NCBI GenBank assembly: GCA_002633005.1
Contig: NMRA01000023.1
Location: 1,344,689 to 1,408,688 of the forward strand
DNA: 64,000 bases
Direction: 5' to 3'
From: Phoronis australis
Lineage: Eukaryota; Animalia; Phoronida
The notes under the pieces are model-generated. The model saw only the letters and a program-made list of their open reading frames with translations. It made no database searches and had not been told where the DNA came from. Below, piece after piece: positions 52,063 to 63,908 of this stretch (positions are counted from its first letter, which is position 1; each line of letters begins with the position of its first letter). The translations under genes were made by a program, and so were the position numbers.

Positions 52063-55000
52063 TCGTACGCGTTCACGTGTAAAGCCCTGCACGTTGAAAT
52101 TAACTCATTTTTTACTTTTTCTGAGAAATATAACTTGGGAAACAGCGCTGAAACTAACAGAATTCAGAAGTGTTTGCTTGTAAACTTCACAACTCTAATA
52201 TTGGTCATTTGTCCTAACCCCCAAGACTCCTAATTAGCTTGGCGAGTGAATTCGCTCACATCTTCTAACGCCTGTAGATTGCAACCACTTACTAGTACTA
52301 TCACTGGAAATTTGGCTGTATTGTCGGAACTTATGTCGAATGTACATGATATTTAGAGAACATTTTATGATCTCGTAAAATACGTGTACTTTAGGACAAA
52401 GGAACAAAAAATGAGGCCGGTTTAAGAATTTAAACGTATTCTTGCAAAATAGAATAACATAGCGGATTACATGCGAACAGATGTTGAAGCGACTATTAAC
52501 CGGCCTTCCTTTCCAAACGTAACATTTTATTTAGATCATTTCGCATTATGGACCCACTTTTTGGTCTCGGATTGTTTTTTAGTCAACCTGGAGATGATTT
52601 TAAGGCTTTAGTTCGAAAAGAAATGACATTTCATCGTTGCGTGAAACTACTCCCTTCAAGTTGGTTTTTCACGATGTGTGATTTCCGCCTCAACGAATGA
52701 CGAACTCTCAGTTTCATGAATCCCTTTTCTGAGTAAGGAACAAGTCAAGATCAATTATAAAAATTCGTTTCCTCGGACGTAACTCCAATTTATAGACGCT
52801 TTAAGTAGAATCTTAACTTCCGTGTTTCGTTGACTTGAGGGTGACTGTACTAACTATAATGATATCTATAGTAAAAAAGATTGCCAATAATAATTCTGAT
52901 AACGACTGGCACGGTTATGAGATTCCCCCTTCATTCCCGACATAATACAAACAGGGGTATTACACCTGGGGCCTGCATAAATTTTCTTTCCCTAATTACC
53001 TTTTCAGAGCCATCCGAACCAAACCCGCAATTAGCTAGTTGAGTTTTTGGTTGCAATTTCAGTCAAAGCATCTGTTCATTGGTTCACATTTCAAATTATT
53101 TTCGACTATTTCGTGCTTTTGCTCCTCATTGAGAAGTGCTGTGGTTCTGTTAACGTAAAAATATTACTGGTTTCTGATACTTCACCGTAGAAACTGATGA
53201 GCTCAGACAGATATTCCTCAGCATTACGAAATAGGCCTTCTAGATATTCTTCTTCATATTGACTGAATGAAATTAAAATTGTCATTATTATTACAGTTAT
53301 ATTTTGATGATAAAAATTTATGCTGTACGTGATAAACGAAGCCACTTTCCATCCATATTGAAAAAGGCGGAATTTGAACAGAATATTTCAGTGATTTTTC
53401 CTGCGTATAAAGGCATCCACTCCATGTGCACGTGCTCGCGTTTCCAACTGGCATAGCCTGCACTGAATATCCAAACCATATTCTGCTCCCAGGTACCGAA
53501 CCCGTACACTTGTTAAGCTGAATATATTCTTTAAAACTTGTGACAAATAGCGACATTATCCATACAACTCGAATCGAGTCCATCGGTAAAATGACGCTGT
53601 TAAATTAGGCATAGATTAAATCATCGATCGACAAATCGTTGAATAGCTAATTCAGCTGGGATCGAACGTAAACCACAGGTCTCTAATTCTTCTTTTCAAT
53701 AAGACTGAATTGAAGGAAAGTAGTGTAATCAGGTTCATCGTTGCCTTTGCAAGAGTTGTTTTCAAGTCTTTCTGACCAGATGCTGCGAAAATTTGATTTC
53801 GCAGCAGCGACCCCTTAAGTTGAAAAGATTATTAATTTGAATGAATTGCACGTTTTGAAACATAGTGGTGCAAGATTTCATAACTTTCCGTGACAAATCG
53901 GCAACTGTCGTTCATCCGTAACTCATCGGATAATTCCGTATCGTTCTTGACCTATTTACAAATGTGTTTCTCGGGCGGGCTTTTTGGGAAGATTTTTGTG
54001 CTTTGACCGCGAATTTCTTGCGAACTGGGTGAAGCAGGACACCGTGAATGGTGTTGGGAGAAAGAACAATTCCTCATGGTTTGTTGAACATCTGTTTTGT
54101 GTAAATTTATTGAGTTTTGTGTTCGCTATGGATGGCTGAAGTGAAGTATCCGTGGAATTTCTTGTCGGGAGTGTTATACCTTGTAGTATTATATAGTGTA
54201 TTGTGGACGATCAGAAGCTGAGGACGCCTGTGGTCTGCACATGTAAATACGTCGACGGATGCCGTTTTCTCAAATGAAAAAGGAATGTCACCACCTTGTA
54301 ATACCGGCAATCACTAACAAGTGACCATGCCTGCTTTTGGTAACTTTTTTCTAATTCCCCTTCTCATAAACTGCCCCTTTGCCGAATTATTTTTGAGCGG
54401 ACTCGCGAGGTGTCGTCGACATGTTGTTCTAGGTAAGCCGACTTGTCAACGAGACGGTCTCGCCACCTGGTGATTGCAATACTCCGGAATGAGCTGGAAA
54501 TGTACAGTAATGAGTCGCTCTATTGTTTTTTTTTATTTCTTGCTGTCATGAGTGCATCGTAGAAAACGAACTTTTGTGAAATACTTCGATTTATTCTGTT
54601 TGTGGTTACAGCACCTGCGTGCCAAAAAGACTTTTATAAACTTCCAAGAAATTGGAATGTCTTAATGTCACGTACCAACCAATCAGAATTTGCAAATGCT
54701 ACCTTTTATCTTTTTACAGAGGAGAAGCCAGATTCATATCCTTTCACAGTGCTTCTTGTCCTAGCACTGGGATTATTAATACAACCGTTGCAGCCGGAAG
54801 TACGGCAGGGAATGCAAAAATTTACCACTTCGTGAAAATCCAGAAACACGAATGAAACTTTGACAATCTTCAATTCATTTTCAATGGACAGGCAATCTCG
54901 ATTTTATACTTTTGACTGACTGCAGCTTTTCTGTTCGACTTAGTTAGCATACGATTAATTTCGAACTTTCTCGATTTGACAAAGAGAAATGTGTGTTTCC

Positions 55001-55845
55001 CTTATTTTTTCCACAATTCTTCTGAATTTTTTTGTCTCGATAGACAATCAGATTAGAATTAATGGCCTACAGATACGTTTGCTGTGCTGACACGTTGGCT
55101 TTGGCAAGGGGTACATGTGTACCGTACTCCCGCTCTTGGTGAGTGCCATCTACCGGCCAGGAATAGAAAGACCGACAAATGACGCCAATTCTCGAATCAA
55201 AATGAAGGAATGATTTATATGTCTTGAACAGCAGAGCCTAAAAAGCACTTGTGGCAGCTACAGTTTCGGCAGTCAAGTTACCTGAAGCATTTTATTTACG
55301 TCGACAATACTAATAAGTTTTCATTTCATGTTTATTTATAGTTTTAGTTGAAAGGTTACTGCGATCACAATTAACGATGATATACTACACGGAAAGTGAT
55401 AATTAACCAACAGCCACAGAAACTAATTAGCATTTTACGGATAGCGAGAGCCGTCATATACACAACGGATTTGAAAGGCGGTCGTGCTGAGCAGCAACGA
55501 CCAAATGAATAAAATGGTCGTGCCTCGTTACGTATTTTATGTTCCCGCGATCACCTTAGTTTACTTGAGATTCTTCTCGAAAACTGGCCAATCAGATGGC
55601 AATTGAGTGAACTCATGCAACGTAGAAAGTGTTGATCTCAGCCCCTGGTATTTTTCGGAGAAAACGTGCTTCGGAAAAGATGGATTTCCGTGAGATCACC
55701 TTCCTGACCTTATAGGCAGACGATCTGACGTGAGTCAAGTTTCAACTTCCTGATCACGCGAACAGAGTGATCGCTCTAATTATGGCACATTACGTAAATT
55801 TCCTATTGTCACTCAACAACCTAGAGTCTGCACGCAACAGTACAG

Positions 55846-56090
55846 GGGCCCGTTCCAGAAAACTGACTTAGCTAAGACAAGACTTAATTTTTAGTCAATT
55901 TTAAGGTAAAACTTAAATTTGTTTCAAGTCCGTTTCAAAAAGGAGATCTTAAGTTTACTTAAGTTTTTGACTGAAGTTTTGTCTTTTTTTAACTTACTTA
56001 GCGGATGTGAAAGTTTCAAAGTCTAGAAGTTGAGACAAATTTTAGACTTAAGTCAAAAAATAACTTAAGTTATTTTCTTGGAACGGGCCC
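55846..56090. mobile_element. PIF/Harbinger-type MITE with CAG target-site duplication
   Basis: TIR GGGCCCGTTCCA...TGGAACGGGCCC, flanked on both sides by CAG (55843-55845 and 56091-56093). A CWG 3-bp TSD is known for some Harbingers. Confidence 0.8.
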
Positions 56091-56517
56091 CAGGCATAAT
56101 TGACTTTCTTAAACTAACAGTTATTGTTGACGACTAATGTTGCAACTATGAGATCGTTACAGGGAACTTTACACTAATTTAGAGAGACGCGCTTCGATCG
56201 AACTGCATGTAAAACTATTTTAGACCAGAGGCGCCATATTTGAAAATGTTTTGGAATAGTCCTGTGCCATTTCATGTCTCCATCAAACTGATGATGGCCT
56301 CCTGTGTGTACTGATTTAGTGGGTATAGGAGATTTAAACGCTTTGTGAAAATCGATGTTTCAGTTTTGGACCAATCTTAACCACGCGCATGCCATTTCAG
56401 AAAATACATGTAACTCTGGAATAACGAGGTAGCCGTTGACCGTACGTAAACGTTTACAAATATGCAGACACATTAATATGCTGTAGAATGATGCGAAACA
56501 TTATGAATAGTGGTATC

Positions 56518-56798
56518 TGGAACGTACTTTAAATAGTTTTCAGAATGTTGGGGAGTCGCCTTCTTTCTTCCCCTGAGGAGGGATGAGAGTCTGGTTCCCG
56601 CGAAAATTTTTATCGCTGAATGTCGTTGTTCACGGGAAACAACTGCAGTACTCTGGACCATTAGTCTGACAATTTATATGTGACCCTTCCGTGTCTATTC
56701 AAAGAGAAACGACGAAATTTTCGCGGGAACCAGGCACTCATCAATTTCCGAGCCAGGCGGCTCCGCGACGTCGGAAAATTATTTTACAGCATGTTTCA
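56518..56798. mobile_element. Fold-back (palindromic) MITE-like element
   Basis: Arms 56582-56608 and 56716-56742 are 25/27 reverse-complementary (gatgagagtctggttcccgcgaaaatt). Weaker complementarity extends outward. Confidence 0.7.
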
Positions 56799-57126
56799 AA
56801 ATTTTTTATTTATTTGTTGGAACCTGTATATTCACTTGGAGGAATAATAATGCGAGGAGCGTAGCGCGACGAGCAGTAAACGATTAGCGTTAAAACGGCG
56901 AAGGTAAAAGTACGAGCGTATATACCTCGCGCGTACCTTACCGACAAATCCGTGCATTTAGTCAGACGTCTATAAAATCACCAATTCTCACTCGAGGTAT
57001 CTTTATTATAGACGCGAACTTATGTGGAACAACAGACACAAAATGTAGCTCGCGAAAACAATAACCGCGTGAAAAGTTGGTATGTGCGGTTTTTAGGAAA
57101 TGAAGATTGGCTGTCTTTCGTTTCAC

Positions 57127-57630
57127 CATAGACTATAGACAACAGATTCGCACTCCAGACATTTTCGTGCGAAATATCCTAGAGGAGGCGCTACCCTCTA
57201 AATGTAGCAAACTCAGCTTCCGGTTAGTGTATTGTGACAGGTAATTCTTGCGTCTATTTTAGTGTCCAGTATAACGAAAAAAACAAATTTCGGCAATGGA
57301 ACGTCCCGTGGAGTATGTAAACTGCTGTTGAAGTGCGAGATGGCTTTTGAGTAGGCCTGGTGATTATTTCTGGATAATTAATGTGAGGTTTATTTAAAAA
57401 GTTAACGTTTTAAGACAGTTCAATTTATGTAAACATTGATATGAGTTCGGCAAAATAGCCGATCCAAATCCCGACGAAATGACCATGAATGGCAGACGAC
57501 GAACTTGCCGCAAGTAAAACGTGTTATGTCTTCCAAGTGTCGCTATTGAATAGTGACGTCACGGTCTAATGCGTAAAATCACCTCCATTGAAAATATACG
57601 GAGTTGGCGGTCCATGTACTAAAGTCTATG
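57127..57630. mobile_element. Non-autonomous DNA transposon with CATAGAC termini and a 7-bp TSD (P-element-like)
   Basis: CATAGACTATAG...CTAAAGTCTATG, with a perfect flanking duplication GTTTCAC (57120-57126 and 57631-57637). Confidence 0.75.
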
Positions 57631-58449
57631 GTTTCACATGATGAATGTTCATAGTCCTTCAAGTCAGGACTTCATACTGGCCGTCCGTTTTTATTTCACT
57701 ATTTCCACGACTGGAATGTTAAAGACACAGGCGATGTTCCAAATAGAGAAGGTTTCTTGAAAGAAAAGCAAGGTCGTACAAGATCACGTAAATCCCTCGA
57801 GTGAAACTGAAGGCGAGGGTTTACTTCGTAATCTGACGATCTTTCCCGTGTATACTACCAAAATCCTGTTTCATAGTTCTGGTCAAAGCTAATAACTGTA
57901 AGAAGTCTATCCCGCTCAACAGCCCTGCAGTAATGCTGATTATCTCCCTAATTAACACAACTCCACAACTTGAATTTGCACTCTGAAAAGTCGTCGTTAT
58001 ACAATTTTGTGATACACTGATGGTTATGACACTTTCTTCAATGTATAGCCATTCGTTTGTGGATTTTTTCGGAATATTGAAAAATTTCGTATTGGGGACT
58101 TATAGACTTCGTTACTCGAGTAAAAATTTTGCTGAAGAATTTCCCAAAAATTTTACGGCAAAAAGGACCCCATAAACGAGCCTATGGTTAAAAACTGTTT
58201 TCGTGGTCGTGTTTTAGTGTCTAGTTACGCTTCTGTTGATTTCAATGCGATCCATGTTTTCACAATAAACTTCTATCGGCTTGTAATTAAGACTTGTTTT
58301 CGCTAATTCAAACCTTTTATGTAATAATCGCTCTCAATCAATATAGACCATTGATAAGTGTGTGAAGATACCTTACGGACTTTATAAGAAAACTGCGTGT
58401 GGTTATTAATTAATATATGTAATTAATGTTGCAAATTTTAAGTTATTCG

Positions 58450-58780
58450 AATATCTGTTTGGTTCGAAGGCACGTCTGTACTTTTTTTTAGACAGTTTGT
58501 AATATACTCGCTCGCAGTCTCTAAACAATGTCCTATCTTCAGGCGTGCAAACATGAAGCGAAACACCAGGAGACATAACTGACAAACGACTTAAAATACT
58601 AGCTTTTTTCGAGACCACATGTCTCATCATTAGGCAATAGGTGAAATGAACATATACGAAGCGAAATTAACAGTGAAATAAATGGTGACAGCAGGTAGAA
58701 GGACTTACAAGCAGAGTGTGAATGTATCACACGGTAGATAGCTAACTAGGCCAGCGTGCGGTACACACCTGTGAGCTGCT
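58450..58780 (-). mobile_element. Penelope-like element 5' fragment (pseudo-LTR with hammerhead remnant plus ORF N-terminus), copy 2
   Basis: Homologous to 48560-48910 (shared gaagcgaaat.aacag.ga.ataa, agagtgtgaatgt..cacacggt, cacctgtga). The minus strand reads CTAATGA-T-GAGAC-atgtg-GTCTC-GAAA, then ATG 58576 MSPGVSLHVCTPEDRTLFRDCERVYYKLSKKKYRRAF. Confidence 0.6.
58597..58638 (-). ncRNA. Decayed minimal hammerhead ribozyme motif (CUGAUGA mutated to CUAAUGA)
   Basis: CUAAUGA at 58633-58627, perfect 5-bp stem II GAGAC/GUCUC, intact GAAA at 58610-58607. The cleavage-site region has drifted to AAA. Confidence 0.5.
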
Positions 58781-59275
58781 ACCAAACTATACTGAATACC
58801 TGTTTATAAAGTTGCCTTTAACTAATGCCAAATAATTCACTGGAAAAAAATTACACACAGTGTACACAATATGATATGAACTGCATGAGACTGACAAAAT
58901 TTTAGCAATGTCCATTTTGTGATTAACCACGTTTATTGAACAGTAAAATCAATAGAAAATATATTTACTACGTGTAGGTGAATGACATCTGCTTGGATGA
59001 ATATCAGACGAGAGTTTGGCCCTGTCATTTCAAATACCGTTTGGACTATCGATCATAAAAATCTATTGACACGTTTTCAATATATTCCACAGTGACTGCA
59101 CATACAGTGTATGAAAAATACAATGATGAGAAGACGATGATGGCGTCGCACTTCATTATTCCTAGTTTTGCTCTCCTCGTTGAGGAGTCTTCAGTCATAT
59201 CTCTTATGACAAGCTTCATTTCAACGTTTATTAATTCATGTTATTTTTAATACTGGATACACCTTGTTAATTAAT

Positions 59276-59357
59276 ATTGTCTGATACATCGTGACTAATT
59301 TAATAAATCAGTTATTGTCTGATACATCGTGACGGATTTAATAAATCAGATATTGTC
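59276..59357. repeat. 38-bp tandem duplication
   Basis: attgtctgatacatcgtgac..atttaataaatcag.t occurs twice, then attgtc. Confidence 0.9.
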
Positions 59358-60282
59358 AGTTTGAGATAGATTCGTGTGCAGGATCTAAAACTGCGTGACT
59401 AGTTAATGATAAACGAGAAGCTGATGGGAGATATGTTAATGTCATATGTAAACTTAACAAACTGTCTAGCAGTCTTTATGAATGAAATGTACCGTACTGG
59501 CTGATATTTTTGTGCTAGTATGCTACGGAAGCACATTGAGGGTGCTGTTCCTGATACATCTGATTTTGCTGAACCTGCTAGTGTTTCTGCTGCTGTTACT
59601 GCTACCAGCGTCTCCTCTGGTTTTTGCTGTGGTTAATGACTACCGCGACAGCGAACCGCACTTAGTTGGTAATGATGTCGGCGAAGCCCATAACGTTATG
59701 ACGATGTTCTGGAGTGGCAACTTGTAAATTTGTTATACAATTCTTTAGGATATTAAATTTGCAATTTTATAAGCGGCGTAGAGATACTGAGCTGTCATAA
59801 CCACCACAAACGCAACGCCTCGTCATTGTTCATTATGTCATAAACCATGCGAAAACCAGCAGCAATATCTGACGAGTTTTCACATCAAACACAATGGTGG
59901 GTGGCTAATGCTGTGATTGGTTGTCCCAATTCTGCGTAGCATGTATCGACCAATAAACACTTGTAACTCGAGATCAGCTAATTAACATATCGTCAGATAG
60001 CAGTTGCAGATGTTTCAATTTGACAGCTGATCGACTGGAGGGGTTGATTTTTGGTGTCTGTGACGTGAAATGTGTGATTATAAGGACTTTAAAGGCCTCG
60101 AAAATCTTACAAAAAATTTCCTGCCATCAATGATAGGCAATGAATGACTAAATCAATTCGTTCTACTAACAAACCAAAACACTTGGCTGATACCACAGCA
60201 TAATTTTTGAAACAATACTTGACATTTTTAAGCGGTAGAAAATAGACATTAAAAAATAAACCTCGAGGTAATATATTGTACA

Positions 60283-60405
60283 GGAAGCAGCGGTGTGGCC
60301 TAGTGTGATAGGTGCCCGCTTTCTTTACTCGAGGTCGTGGGTTCGGGTCCCACCAGGTCACACTGCTAAACCCTTGAGTCAGGTTTCTAGCTCCTCATCT
60401 CGGTT
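60283..60405 (+). mobile_element. tRNA-derived SINE 5' region (truncated)
   Basis: Pol III A-box-like TGGCCTAGTG (60296) and B-box-like GGTTCGGGTCC (60340), followed by the body motif cccttgag.cagg. It does not fold into a complete tRNA cloverleaf. Confidence 0.7.
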
Positions 60406-62040
60406 TTAACAATATATTAATAAAGCATAAAAATAGTTCCGGGTGATCAGTGCAATGGGCCCACCTCAGCGGCCTGCGCACGTCTGGTACAACCTGTATC
60501 ACAACGCTTGCAATTATTTTTTACTAATATAGTATAATAACATGAATAGCTATACAAGCTCGTAACTAACACATACAACGTTATAGTTCTTTTGCTTAAA
60601 CGGCAGTACTCTTTCAAAATGTTTGTTACGATGCCTGTCAAACGGCGATACATATTTCGAATGCTTTTAACTTACTCAATGGCTGCCTAAACTAAATGCC
60701 GTCGAAAACTATCAATAATAAAATAGTTCAAAAATTGTTGACATGAAAGTTTGCTTTTATACAAGCCAAGTTGTACTAGTTTATTTGACTTTAAAGGGTA
60801 ATGTTACCTTTTTGAATGCGCTTTGTACATTTTACGTACTGTGTAATATGATTTTTATATAAACGATGCTAAAGAACCATTGAGCGGTCAATGTAAACTC
60901 TCGAACCTACTTGAATAACACAAGTTAGTGGCGATGAGTCTCCCTTGCAGCAGTCAGTAAACTCCATTTAGTCAATGGTTTGAGCATGCGTAATTAGGCA
61001 ATCTAAGTCTCCGCACTAAAAAACAAGGGGCTCCACACCAAAACAATGGTATCTGAAGATGGCGCTGCACGGCATTAAAGATTTTAAAATCAATTTAAGG
61101 GCCGAAAATTGCATTTCTTATATTGTTGGGTAAAATAGACTTGAAATTAGTAGCTGTGACCAGAGCTATTAAACAATAAATCCATTGTATTTTATGATTT
61201 AAAATCATCAGTTTTCGACGTTGACTTTCAGACAGTCGGTAGTCTATGAAAACGAAGCGTTTTGGCCTTGTCAGTTAGGACTCATAAAGGGCAGACGAAG
61301 AGCTACACGCCTCAACGAAAGTTAGATCAGCTGAAAGCTCACGTCTGGGGTAAACTGAACTGTAAGGATTTTGCCTCGCGAGGTAGTGAAGCCAATGTAT
61401 CACTTGTTGGAGTTCATTTATCTTTTTAGCGTAAATCCTCACAGCATATGGCCAAGGTCAGCTAGGTGCTTAGCTGATCATCTACGGTAGCCAAAGAAAA
61501 ATAATTATTACATCACCTGACAAAAACAAAACTCTCTCGCCGCTCATCCTAACCGTGTGTTCTACATTTGCGCTTTTAGTTTACTACGAACGTAAGAAAC
61601 ACTCAGTGAATACTTTGTTTGTACACTTTCTTATCCATCGAGCTATGAGCTGAGATCGAGGACGACAGGTCAGCTAGTAGATCGTTTGCGCTCAACCTTA
61701 AATACAACTGATGAAAATATTCGGGTACGTGTCCCACCACAACCAAGGCGTTGTACAGCAATCGTTGAGGTCATGGCTGGGAGCCGGTCTGCTTCAGGAC
61801 TGTGAGCAACCGCACAATACATACAATGATCAGCTGTTATTTTTGGTTTTGTTACCTGTTTCCGTTATCATTGCTAAAGTTGAAGGGAGTTGCTATTTAT
61901 CGGTGCTGGGTCTGAAAGTCTGCGGACGTCGGAGGACTGGAGGAAGCTAGACTAGAAAACTGACTGTTCACGCGTGATGTTTCTAGGAAATTGTCAAGTG
62001 AGGCTTGAGTAAGGTGTGGTGATTGCCGATGCAGATTATC

Positions 62041-62042
<2 letters not shown>

Positions 62043-62096
<54 letters not shown>
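62043..62096. repeat. (CT)n microsatellite
   Basis: Perfect CT dinucleotide run of about 54 bp. Confidence 0.98.
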
Positions 62097-62097
<1 letters not shown>

Positions 62098-63683
62098 GTT
62101 TCGAAACAATTAAAGAATTAATGCTGGGCCATTCTGCTAGCACCAGCAGGAAGTAGTTTAGACACGTACTGGCTGCGCTTGACATACGAAACATGCCTGG
62201 GTTATGAATTAACGAACCGCTTTACATTTATTCTATTCACTTGAAAGCTGCCGCAATAGCGGAGTTGCAACGCCGCCATATTGGAAATGGGTCAGAATGT
62301 TGCATTGTGGTTAAGCCGGTAAACAAGTACGTCGGCAAGCGTGGGGGCGAACCGGCCACAGGGAGGTTATACGTGTTGTGTGCCTGGCATGCTATAATAC
62401 CAGTTAGCGAGATAAAAAATTTAGTTACTACCTGTTTCCCAAGGATCAAGAACTGCGTTAAACATGGGTCAGAGACATCGGTAGAGCTGGTAGCAAAGGC
62501 CGACTTCGTGAATTCTTTCCGACTTCGTAGCATAAAGTGTGCAGCGCTCATTTTGAGGGCGGCAAGAAAACGTATCTTAGAAACTGCCCAACAATATCTC
62601 CCTTCAAAGAAACAGTAACAAATACTCCACGGCGGTTGGTAGTGAAAAAAAAACTTGTTTTCGCTTGACCAGAACCAAGCCAACATGAGCAATTTTGAGG
62701 ATAATGCCTCTGCACAATCACCTGTTCTGGGTCGACTCACTTAACGTATGCACACTATATGCATTACGCGCTAAGATAAAGCGTGCAGATTATTATTATT
62801 TACTTTCTACAAAATTGTGGTACATTGCTATCAAAATTCGTTGTTAAATTACGATCATTTTTCATAAAATTTTGTTGAAGTTCCAGGGCGAAATCTTGCC
62901 GACAAATGCGTAGCTGCTGGTCTCGCAATCGTCGATAGGGCTTGAATTCTTAAATAAGAATACAGCTTTGACTCAACAAATTACCTGAAATCCTCCTCAA
63001 GTTTTCCAAATAGCGTCTCTAAGATTTTTAAGTTCTTGTGAAGTCTGGATTAACTGCAGATTAAGTCCAAATCTACGCTAGATTGTAGCACGCAACCCGA
63101 GAAAAATCTCTGTGGGAACACATGTTGTTGTCACGTGACGTTTGTTTTGAAGTTTGTATGCGTGTGTGTGAGAGTAAGCGTGCGTGTGCTTGTCAGAGTT
63201 CATTTGCCAGAGTAATGTAATGATCTAGGTGTGCATTGTATCCAAAAAAAAAAAAAATCAAGCAGTCAAGCAGAGCGTGTTTTAATATTTACGGCTTAGC
63301 ACTTGCTGGCCTCATCTGCTAAAAACGTTCGAGAATTTTTTCGGTAAGACCGATATGTCACTCATTGAGTCGCCGGGTGAGTGGATGCGTGACCGTAGTG
63401 TAACAGCTATTTTCCGGAACATTTGGGGTGTAAGGGTGCGAAGTGGGTCATTTTGACCTTAAAAACACCAATTATGATTAGTTAAATAATTTCTCTTAAA
63501 AATAATGCAAAAGCTTTTTACAGTATTGGAAACTTTCGGAAATTAGTGCCAATATTTATTTGCCGATGCTATGTTACCAGTTTCATGAATAGATAGTTCC
63601 CGATTAATCTTCGATGACAGCCGGTACATTATGCAGCGCGTGCTTCTCGGTCGCGTGCTTACACTGGTCGAGTTTTTTATTAG

Positions 63684-63908
63684 TCTTCGATTCACGGTTT
63701 TCACATGTACAAAGAAGTTTGGATTCCTGTTGAGGCCGGAGAAGATCTGTACTGGAAAGAAACAATGCCAATCCCGCTCTTTGACAAGTACGCTGTGTCT
63801 GTTTTCAAAGTCCAGACCCGCGTAGTGGGGCACATTTCTCGCAAGAGCAGCAAAACTTCTGCGTTCTTTTTGAATCGCGGCGTAAGTTTGAAGTGTATAC
63901 GGACATAA
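63684..63908 (+). pseudogene. HIRAN-like domain coding fragment, probably transposon-borne
   Basis: SSIHGFHMYKEVWIPVEAGEDL...FDKYAVSVFK...VVGHISRKSS..FFLNRG..LKC matches the HIRAN-like pattern G.H.Y..W.P..GE.L......D.YAV.V....VGH. It is flanked by stops and frameshifts. Confidence 0.65.

Noticed and set aside
59165-59218. Minus-strand CTGAAGA followed by the hairpin CTCCTC-aac-GAGGAG
   Set aside because: No GAAA follows the stem directly and there is no cleavage-site or stem I pairing.
60283-60360. Possible tRNA gene
   Set aside because: A and B boxes are present, but there is no acceptor or anticodon stem pairing and it continues into a SINE-like body.
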